Positions 56,994 through 64,000 of a DNA stretch of 64,000 bases are shown one piece after another. Every line of letters starts with the position of its first letter. Position 1 is the stretch's first letter. Origin of the DNA: Trueperaceae bacterium (GTDB lineage: Bacteria; Deinococcota; Deinococci; Deinococcales; Trueperaceae); NCBI GenBank assembly GCA_965213705.1, contig OZ243913.1, positions 4,128,001 through 4,192,000 of the forward strand, given 5' to 3'. The notes beneath the pieces were generated by a model. It did not search any database, was not told the DNA's origin, and saw only the letters and a program-made list of their open reading frames with translations. The position numbers were made by a program, and so were the translations under genes.

Positions 56994-57971
56994 TTACTTA
57001 CGGGTCAGTCTCGCCGCGATGACGGCAGGGTCTTGTACCTGCGTGTCGGCGCGACTTCTCCAAAAAGCCACAACTTCCCAGAAAACGACCGGCAGGCTTA
57101 TCAACGACAGCAGCCAGTAGGCGTAAAGCGTGTAGCCCAAACCTATCAGCGTGGCTTGCTCGGCGCTGGCGTGGGCGCTGAGCAGGGCGACGAAGGCGGC
57201 GTCGCGGGTGCCGATGCCGCTGATGGTCAGGGGCAACAGCCCCGCTAAAACAGCCGGCGGGAACACGCTGTAGGCCACCGTCACGCCGAAGGGCGCGCCG
57301 AACGCTTGGCCCAAACAGTAGACCGTGAACCCACCCGCCGCCCAGGTAAGCAGCGAGCCCGTCAGCGTTTGAGCGATGGCCGCCGTGTCTTTGAGCCAGC
57401 GCACGAACACGTCTTTGAAACTGCTCAGGATGCCCACCACTTTGCCGGGCAGCGGCAGCTTTTTAAAGGGCGTGAACAGCACCACGCCGAAGACGACGGC
57501 GACGCCACCCAGCAGCCCGGCACCGGCCAGACTGCCCCACACAACGCCGCTGTGCAAAGAGCCCAAAAGGGCGAGCAGGCCCAAGACGGCCAAGTCTACA
57601 AAGCGCTCGAGCAGCACCGTCCCGACCCCTTGGGTAAACCCGCCCTGTTTGCGCAAGTAGCCGGCCTTGGCAGCGTCCCCCAACTTTGACGGTAAAAAGC
57701 TGTTGAGCACGTTCGCCATAAGGACGGCGCGCAAGCTCGTCAGGTAAGGAACGCGCACGTTGCCCAGCGCCCGCAGCACCCCGCGCCAGCGCAGCACGGC
57801 GCTGAAGGGCATACTAAAGGTGAGCAGCGCGGCCAGCACCAGCCAGCGCTTGTCCGCACCCGCCACCAGCACCCGCGCTTCCTGTAAGTCGATGCGGCTT
57901 AAGAGCAGCGCGACCAAGCCCACCGACACGACGACGCTGCCGACCGCCAGGATGAGGCGTTTTTTAGACAT
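56994..57971 (-). CDS. Lysylphosphatidylglycerol synthase TM-domain (flippase-like) protein
   Basis: LRW, NSFLPSKLGD, LERFVD, LPLTISGIGTRD. Confidence 0.85.
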   Translation of the reverse strand: MSKKRLILAVGSVVVSVGLVALLLSRIDLQEARVLVAGADKRWLVLAALLTFSMPFSAVLRWRGVLRALGNVRVPYLTSLRAVLMANVLNSFLPSKLGDAAKAGYLRKQGGFTQGVGTVLLERFVDLAVLGLLALLGSLHSGVVWGSLAGAGLLGGVAVVFGVVLFTPFKKLPLPGKVVGILSSFKDVFVRWLKDTAAIAQTLTGSLLTWAAGGFTVYCLGQAFGAPFGVTVAYSVFPPAVLAGLLPLTISGIGTRDAAFVALLSAHASAEQATLIGLGYTLYAYWLLSLISLPVVFWEVVAFWRSRADTQVQDPAVIAARLTRK

Positions 57972-59718
57972 GGCCCGCTTCGACACTTTTAGCAGCGACA
58001 CTTTGGGTAGCGACACTTTGGGTAGCGTCACCTTGACTACCGACGCCTTCGCCGAGGGCGACCCGAGTCTTGGTGAGTCGGCGGCTACTGTTGAGCTGCT
58101 CTATTTCAGCCGCGCTCAGACTGACACCGGAAACGTCCAACTCTTGAGACTGGAAGTAGCGCGACTGCGGCACGTAGCGCACAAAAAACTCGTCGCCGAC
58201 GGCGAGCGACGAGACTTTGACGTCGCCCGTAAGCTCTACCGTGTCCGTCACGCTCACTTGGTCGCCTATACGAACCTCCCGCTTGAACTTGACCGGCGCG
58301 GGGCGCTGGCCTAGCATGAGGGTTTTGCGGATTTGGCCTTTGAGCAGGTGCGCCAGTCTGGGCGACCAGCCGATCAGCAGCAGCACCCCTCGGAAGGCTA
58401 AGTTCTTGGTGAGGTTGAAGACCTTGTGGGACGGCACCCACTGGCAAGTTCCCGCCACCTCGAAGCCTTTATCGTCCTGCGCCACCCGGTAGCCAGGGTC
58501 TATCCACTGGCTCGTGAAAGTTTTGCCCTCGGTCGTTGTACCGATGACGCCGCAGTCGTTGAAAAGAAGCGCGCCATCCGCCAGGTCGAAAGTTTTGACC
58601 ACGCCCCCTTTGGCTAGGTTGGCCGCCAGGTAGTAGCCGGGCATCTTTTTGACATAAACGCGGGCGCGTTCGAAGTAGCGGGTAAAAGGTTCGCGCTCGA
58701 AGGGCAGTTCGGGTAGCTGGGCCGGGCGCTCCTGGTAGTCCACGTAGGCCAGCAAAAATTCCGGCACCCGGTAAACCAGGTAGCGGTCGGAGATGATTTC
58801 GGGCGGGACGAGCTTGTCCGCCGCCAGGCCTTGCAGCAGGTGCTCGGCGACGGCGCCCGCCAGCGGCACCTCCGCGGCCAGCGCTTCGTAGCCGTGGCAA
58901 TAAAAGTGCAGCGTGTTGCGGCTGCCCAGGCTGCCGCCGTAAAAGCCGTTGGGGTAGGCGAAGTAGCTGCTCATCTCGACCGAGTCTCGAATCACCTCCA
59001 GCAGCCGGGGGTCGCGGTTGTCCTGGTAGATTTTCGCTAAAAACGACACCGTCGCCGACAAGTAGCCGGGGTCTATGCCGTCGTACTCTCTTGACCAACC
59101 CTCTTCGGTCTGGTACTCCAAAAAGCCCGTCCAGACGCGCTCGTAACCGTCTCTAAGCTTTTCCTCTTTGAGCAGCGCGTAGGCTTTCCACACGGCCAAA
59201 CAGGCCATCGCGTGGTGGTTGGCTAGGTGGTCCTCCTCGGACTCGCCCGCGGCGACGAAGTAGGCCGCCTTGCGCACCGCGTTTTCGACCTTGCGGCGCA
59301 GGTCGGCGGGCACCTCGTCGCCCAGCAGGTTCAGCGCCTCTACGGTCGTGTAGGTGGTAAAGGCCGTCGGCCCGACCCAACCCCGCTCGTAGGGGTAAAA
59401 CTCGTCGAAAGAGCCGTCGCGGTGCTGGATGTCCGCCCAGAAGTTCAAGCCCGCCAGCGTCCACTCGAGCACCTTGGGGTGCTGATAATAAATGTTTCCC
59501 GGCATCGGATGTTTGTAAGCCAGCGCCAGCGCGTGGACGGCGAACTGCCGCACCGCGTCGGGAAAGTCCGACGTTTTGTCCAGCCAGTAGTCGCGGTGAA
59601 AGCAACCGTAGGTCGGCGAAAATGGGTTGCGGTCCTGGTTGCCCAGGATGCGCGGCAGCTGTGACAGGGCTTTTTGAGCGTAGACGCTGCGCTCGGCGCG
59701 GTTAGGGTTCACGTTCAC
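57964..59718 (-). CDS. Conserved hypothetical protein of glycan clusters (possible alpha/alpha-toroid plus beta domain)
   Basis: 584-aa ORF overlapping both neighbours; DRNPFSPTYGCFHRDYW, DGSFDEFYPYE, EYDGIDPGY. Confidence 0.65.
   Translation of the reverse strand: MNVNPNRAERSVYAQKALSQLPRILGNQDRNPFSPTYGCFHRDYWLDKTSDFPDAVRQFAVHALALAYKHPMPGNIYYQHPKVLEWTLAGLNFWADIQHRDGSFDEFYPYERGWVGPTAFTTYTTVEALNLLGDEVPADLRRKVENAVRKAAYFVAAGESEEDHLANHHAMACLAVWKAYALLKEEKLRDGYERVWTGFLEYQTEEGWSREYDGIDPGYLSATVSFLAKIYQDNRDPRLLEVIRDSVEMSSYFAYPNGFYGGSLGSRNTLHFYCHGYEALAAEVPLAGAVAEHLLQGLAADKLVPPEIISDRYLVYRVPEFLLAYVDYQERPAQLPELPFEREPFTRYFERARVYVKKMPGYYLAANLAKGGVVKTFDLADGALLFNDCGVIGTTTEGKTFTSQWIDPGYRVAQDDKGFEVAGTCQWVPSHKVFNLTKNLAFRGVLLLIGWSPRLAHLLKGQIRKTLMLGQRPAPVKFKREVRIGDQVSVTDTVELTGDVKVSSLAVGDEFFVRYVPQSRYFQSQELDVSGVSLSAAEIEQLNSSRRLTKTRVALGEGVGSQGDATQSVATQSVAAKSVEAGHV
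57981..58040. repeat. 15-bp tandem repeat (about 4 units, consensus CGACACTTTGGGTAG)
   Basis: Units at 57981, 57996, 58011 and a degenerate one at 58026. Confidence 0.85.
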
Positions 59719-60667
59719 TCCTCAAACGGGCGCTCGACTTGTCAATCAGGTCGGCCAACATCCCAGTGGTAAGGACTTGGATGGCGGAAATAAACAGGAT
59801 AACGCTGACCACCAGTAGCCCCCCGCCCGCGAACAGGCGGTAGAGCAGGGTGAGCAGGCTCGCTAAAAACAGCGCAAAGCTGATGGGCAAAAAGATTCGC
59901 AACGGGTTGAAGTACATGACGGTGCGAATCACCAACTGCGTAAAGCGAATCGTGTCCTGGATGGGTTTGATTTTGGAGTTGCCCTGGCGGTGCTGGTAGT
60001 CTATCGGCACGTACTTCACAAAGTAACCGTCCGAGAGCATCGCCAGCGTGATGGTCGTGGTAAACGAAAAACTGTCGGGCAGGATGTGCAAAAAGCCCGT
60101 GACGACCTGCTTGTTCATGACCCGGAAACCCGAATTTAGGTCGGGAATGCGCGTGCTTGACAAGTAGTTGGCAAGCTCGTTGAGCGCCTTTTTGGCGGGC
60201 TTGCGGACGAGGGGGATTTTGACGTTGTCCCCGGTCCTGGCTCCGACAATCATGTCGCTGCCGCTCTGCCTATAATCCCGAACAAACTCGGCCATGCGCT
60301 CGTTGGGATAGGTCCCGTCCGCGTCGGTGATGACGATGGTGTCGAAGCGGGCGTTTTTGATGCCGGTCTTGAGCGCCGCCCCGTAGCCCCGGTTGACGGG
60401 GTGAACGACCTTGACGAGGTGAGGCAAATCGATGCCCGCCAGCACCTGAGCGGTGCCGTCCCTCGAGCCGTCGTCCACCGCAATTATCTCGAACACCATG
60501 TCGGAGGCCGCCAGGTGCTCGTGAACCTGGCGCAAAGTTTCTTCGACCGCACCGACTTCGTTGTAAACCGGGATGACGACGGAGGCTCCGGCTTCCGTCG
60601 TCGCCGGGGACGCCGTGGGTATTAGGTCCGCGGTGTTGCGGGTTTGTGCGGGTGAACCTGACTGCAT
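59702..60667 (-). CDS. GT2 glycosyltransferase (polyprenol-phosphate glycosyltransferase-like)
   Basis: SVVIPVYNE, VDDGSRD, NRGYGAALKTG, TDADGTY, DLNSGFR, two C-terminal TM helices. Confidence 0.93.
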   Translation of the reverse strand: MQSGSPAQTRNTADLIPTASPATTEAGASVVIPVYNEVGAVEETLRQVHEHLAASDMVFEIIAVDDGSRDGTAQVLAGIDLPHLVKVVHPVNRGYGAALKTGIKNARFDTIVITDADGTYPNERMAEFVRDYRQSGSDMIVGARTGDNVKIPLVRKPAKKALNELANYLSSTRIPDLNSGFRVMNKQVVTGFLHILPDSFSFTTTITLAMLSDGYFVKYVPIDYQHRQGNSKIKPIQDTIRFTQLVIRTVMYFNPLRIFLPISFALFLASLLTLLYRLFAGGGLLVVSVILFISAIQVLTTGMLADLIDKSSARLRSEREP

Positions 60668-60969
60668 ACCTCCCCCTCTCTCGAGCCGTAGCATACCCCT
60701 AAACGGCCCTGGAGCGGCTGTAACATTTTTGAAACACTCACACCCGAACCGCCAGGAGCCTGGCCCCGCCGCTGTTCACGCTCCACCCGACCCCTCGCGC
60801 TCCGCTTTGAGCGCCGTCCTCGACCTCCGCACCGCCCGCACTTTCTGGCGCGAGCGCGCCCGCAGCACAAGCGCCAGGGTCGACCGAAGCCCGGCAACCT
60901 AAACTATTTCGTCAAGTGGGTAACCTCACAAACGCTTCATGAAGTTCGACATGCTAAATTGGCTTCAGT

Positions 60970-61977
60970 ATGAACTCAAACACCGGCCCCATCCATTACC
61001 GAAGTGTGACGGACTTAAACGCTCAAGTCGTCGCCATGTCGTCTCGTTTGCCCAGAGACCTAGAAGTCATCGTGGGCGTGCCGCGCAGCGGCTTGCTGGC
61101 GGGAAGTTTGCTGGCGCTCCACCTGAACTTGCCGTTTACCGACGTGGAGGGTTTGGTAGCGGGCCGCGTCTTCACCAGCGGCGCGCGCCTCAGCGGGCAA
61201 AAGCAAGAAAACTTGCAACTGGACCTGCTCAACACGAAGCGAACCGTGCTTGTGGTCGACGACAGCGTCTATGCGGGCAACCAGTTCCGCCTGACAAAAG
61301 CGCGGCTTCAGGCGGCCGGTCTGCCCCACACGCTTCGCTACGCGGCCGTCTTTGTCAGGCCGGATACTGAGGAGCACGTCGACTTTTTCGGGGACGTCGT
61401 ACCCGCGCCGCGCATGTTCGAGTGGAACTTTATGCACCACAAACACCTTTCGCTGACCTGCATGGACATCGACGGCGTGCTGTGCCGCGACCCCCTCAAA
61501 CACGAAAACGACGACGGCGACAAGTACAGCGCGTTTTTGAGCTGCGCCGACCCCCTGCACCTGCCGACCAAACCGGTGGGTTGGCTCGTCACCTGTCGGC
61601 TCGAGAAGTACCGCGCCCAGACCGAAGCCTGGCTGGCGCAGCACGGCGTCGAGTACGGCGAACTGGTGATGATGGACCACCCCGACCAAGCGGCGCGGCG
61701 GGCGGCCGGAAACCACGGCGAGTACAAAGCCGAGGTGTACCGTAGGACCGGCGCACAGATGTTTATCGAAAGTTCCATCCGGCAAGCCGTCACCATCGCC
61801 GACCTGTCCGGCAAACCCGTCCTGTGCATGGACACGCGCGAGATGGTGTGGCCGGGCGTCCAACCCGGCAGCCTGGTAAGACCCGAGCCCCCGGCTAAAA
61901 CCCTGAACGACGTGTTGACGACCGCAAAAAAGAAAGTTCGCAAAAAAGTACGCGGTTTGCTGGCGCAGGTCAAGTAA
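60970..61977 (+). CDS. Phosphoribosyltransferase-domain plus HAD-like domain protein
   Basis: GVPRSG, VLVVDDSVYAG (PRPP loop), then MDIDGVLC and LVTCR. Confidence 0.75.
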   Translation: MNSNTGPIHYRSVTDLNAQVVAMSSRLPRDLEVIVGVPRSGLLAGSLLALHLNLPFTDVEGLVAGRVFTSGARLSGQKQENLQLDLLNTKRTVLVVDDSVYAGNQFRLTKARLQAAGLPHTLRYAAVFVRPDTEEHVDFFGDVVPAPRMFEWNFMHHKHLSLTCMDIDGVLCRDPLKHENDDGDKYSAFLSCADPLHLPTKPVGWLVTCRLEKYRAQTEAWLAQHGVEYGELVMMDHPDQAARRAAGNHGEYKAEVYRRTGAQMFIESSIRQAVTIADLSGKPVLCMDTREMVWPGVQPGSLVRPEPPAKTLNDVLTTAKKKVRKKVRGLLAQVK

Positions 61978-62002
61978 AAGGCGGACTCGACAGGAGGTGT
62001 AC

Positions 62003-62284
62003 ATGCCTCGCTTGTTTGTGGTCGAAGGCGCACTCAGACCAAAGCGACGCGGTACTTCTGTTTGGGGTTATCTTGACGACCCCCAAAATGCCCGTGTACA
62101 AAGTGGAGATGCCGTCACTATACGTAAGAGAGACGGCGCACAGACTTCAACAAAGATAGATGGAATTCCCTTGGGTACAACGCATGGAGGTCTAGAAATC
62201 CTTTTGGACGCTTCTGTGCAGGAATTGGAAGTAGAAAAAGGCGACGAGATATGGGTGCACATGTTTGAGGAGCAGAGAAGCTAA
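62003..62284 (+). CDS. Small hypothetical beta-barrel-like protein
   Basis: AGGAGG RBS, 93 aa, lower GC than neighbours. Confidence 0.55.
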   Translation: MPRLFVVEGALRPKRRGTSVWGYLDDPQNARVQSGDAVTIRKRDGAQTSTKIDGIPLGTTHGGLEILLDASVQELEVEKGDEIWVHMFEEQRS

Positions 62285-62335
62285 AAATTTCGCCTCTTTT
62301 CCCCTGCTCCTCATCTGTTTATAAAGCCTAACGAA

Positions 62336-63427
62336 TTATGGGTTTAGCGTCACCTTCACCGAGGTCAAACCCGAGGCGACCATGTCGAGGCCCTTTTGAA
62401 AGTCCTCCAAGGGCAGCTGGTGGGTGACGATTTCGTCCATCGGCAACAGGTTTTGCTGCAACATGCGAATCGCCACCGGGTAACAAAACGGCCCCAGGTG
62501 CGAGCCGTGGATGTTGAGTTCTTTGCTGTCGCCGATAATCGTCCAGTCGACTGTGACGGGTTCGCGGAACACGCTGAATTCGACAAAGGTGCCGAGCTTG
62601 CGAATCATCTGCAAGCCTTGTTGCACCGCGCCGGGGTGCCCCGTCGCCTCGACGTACACGTCGCAGCCGTAGCCGCCGGTCACGGCGCGCACCTCTTCCA
62701 CCACGTCGGTTTTGGCCGGGTTCAGGGCCATGTCCGCGCCGCAGCGCACGGCGAGTTCCAAACGGTCGTCGTTGAGGTCCAGCGCGATGATGCGCTCGGC
62801 CCCTTTCATTTTGGCCGCCGCGAACATCCCCAAACCGAGCGGCCCCGCCCCGGCGATGACGACGGTGTCTTGAAACCCTATATCCCCGCGCTCGACCGCG
62901 TGAATAGAGCAGGCCAAGGGCTCGATAAAGACCGCGTGGTGCCAGGGAATGTCTTTGGGCACACGGTGGTTCAGCGCGTTCGCCGGGAACACCATGTACT
63001 CGGCCCAGGAGCCGAAAGCGTTTTGCCGGAAACCGTAGATGTCGTGAACCTGGCACATCCAGTACTGGCCGCGCTGGCAGTAGCGGCAGTTCCAGCAGGG
63101 TGTGATTTGCTCGCTGATGGCGTGGTCGCCTATCTCTAAACCGTATTTTTCACCCGCGCCCGCGCCCAGCGCGACGACCTCGCCGACGAACTCATGGCCG
63201 GGGGTCACCGGGGCCTGGCAGTAGCCGGTGCGGGTTTCGTCACCCCAAAAGAGGGCCGCACCCGAATAGCACTTGATGTCCGAGGCGCAAATCCCGGTGG
63301 ACTTGACGCGGATGACCACCTCACCGGGGCCGGGGACGGGGACGGAACGTTCTTCCAAGCGGTAGTCTTCCGGCCCGTGGCAGACCACCGCGGGCATGGT
63401 TTTGGGGAGGGTTTCGCTGACGGCCAT
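62336..63427 (-). CDS. Zinc-dependent alcohol/polyol dehydrogenase (MDR family)
   Basis: GICASD, GHEFVG, C..C..C.......C structural Zn site, GAGPLG. Confidence 0.93.
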   Translation of the reverse strand: MAVSETLPKTMPAVVCHGPEDYRLEERSVPVPGPGEVVIRVKSTGICASDIKCYSGAALFWGDETRTGYCQAPVTPGHEFVGEVVALGAGAGEKYGLEIGDHAISEQITPCWNCRYCQRGQYWMCQVHDIYGFRQNAFGSWAEYMVFPANALNHRVPKDIPWHHAVFIEPLACSIHAVERGDIGFQDTVVIAGAGPLGLGMFAAAKMKGAERIIALDLNDDRLELAVRCGADMALNPAKTDVVEEVRAVTGGYGCDVYVEATGHPGAVQQGLQMIRKLGTFVEFSVFREPVTVDWTIIGDSKELNIHGSHLGPFCYPVAIRMLQQNLLPMDEIVTHQLPLEDFQKGLDMVASGLTSVKVTLNP

Positions 63428-63744
63428 AGGGGTTCCCTTCTTTGAGCGGGGTCGGTTCGGCACAGCGTCCCCTCGAGCCAGTATAAAGGCTCCCGTACCG
63501 CCCCAAACAGCGGTGCGGGCGTTTCGAACGGGCGTGGTTGGTTTGCTAAAGGTAACGGCGCGGCCGGGCGGCGTTTTCGTGCGTCACCGAAGTGCCGAAA
63601 CCGGGCAAGGCGGCCTCGAGAAAGAACTTTCCGCTACCTTACCTTCTCGAGGCGGGGTTCTTCAGAACTGAGCTTGAAACGCCCTGAATCCAAGGGCGGT
63701 CGCCCGGCAGGACCGTCACCTGGACGGGCGCGGGTGGCGAGGCC

Positions 63745-64000
63745 TCAGTTGAGGGTTGCCAACTGAACCTCTGGGCTCAGCTTCAACTGCGCGCGGCTCA
63801 GACAAGCCGTAACGTCCGCGGGGGCGAGCGGGCGAGCGAAAAAGTAGCCCTGGCCTTGCTGGCAGCCGAGCGAGCGCAATAGGTCGCGTTGCGCCGCCGT
63901 CTCGATGCCCTCGGCGACGATTTTGAGGTCGAGGGCCGCCGCCACGGCGACTACCGCTTGCACCAGCGCGACGCTGAAGTGAGACGTACCCGCAGGCGTC
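63745..64000 (-). CDS. C-terminal end of an EAL-domain protein (partial)
   Basis: IVAEGIET..Q...L..LGC..GQGYFFARP; frame runs off the window. Confidence 0.88.
   Translation of the reverse strand, partial: TPAGTSHFSVALVQAVVAVAAALDLKIVAEGIETAAQRDLLRSLGCQQGQGYFFARPLAPADVTACLSRAQLKLSPEVQLATLN

Noticed and set aside
56714..57022. AT-richer stretch with a 102-aa ORF between convergent genes
   Set aside because: No recognisable motif or RBS; likely intergenic or a decayed remnant.

Overview
The window is most likely from a Deinococcota (Trueperaceae-like) chromosome. That is an inference from the many TANNNT-N6-start-codon (leaderless) genes, strong CTCGAG over-representation and gene content. Three zones are visible. 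(1) 1-12016: a type I-D CRISPR-Cas locus (cas3' partial, cas10d with an internal cas11d start, csc2/cas7, csc1/cas5, cas6, a short DUF433 ORF, cas4, cas1, cas2, leader, and an array of 34 repeats/33 spacers). (2) 12036-43683: an integrative conjugative element ending at the 3' end of tRNA-Ile(CAT). It carries a VirB2/B3/B4/B6/B9/B10/VirD4-like transfer system, a small Replic_Relax-like nuclease beside a hairpin cluster, an IS630 hit by both a 37-bp Y-shaped insertion and an IS3, an arsenic-resistance cluster, a frameshifted IS200 tnpA, a RES-Xre toxin-antitoxin pair, and a satellite-like module (Prim-Pol, D5-like helicase, Cro/CI switch, tyrosine integrase). No second att copy was seen between array and integrase, so the CRISPR-Cas locus may be cargo of the ICE. 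(3) 43761-64000: host genes (zapE, NAD kinase, cmk, aroA, hydrolase, surface-glycan modification cluster, Zn-dependent dehydrogenase, EAL fragment). The most unusual signals are spacers 1 and 7, identical except for a fully replaced 10-nt core; hairpin-rich spacers; the 37-bp structured micro-insertion; and the hybrid ICE architecture. All calls are by-eye motif recognition; no database searches were run.
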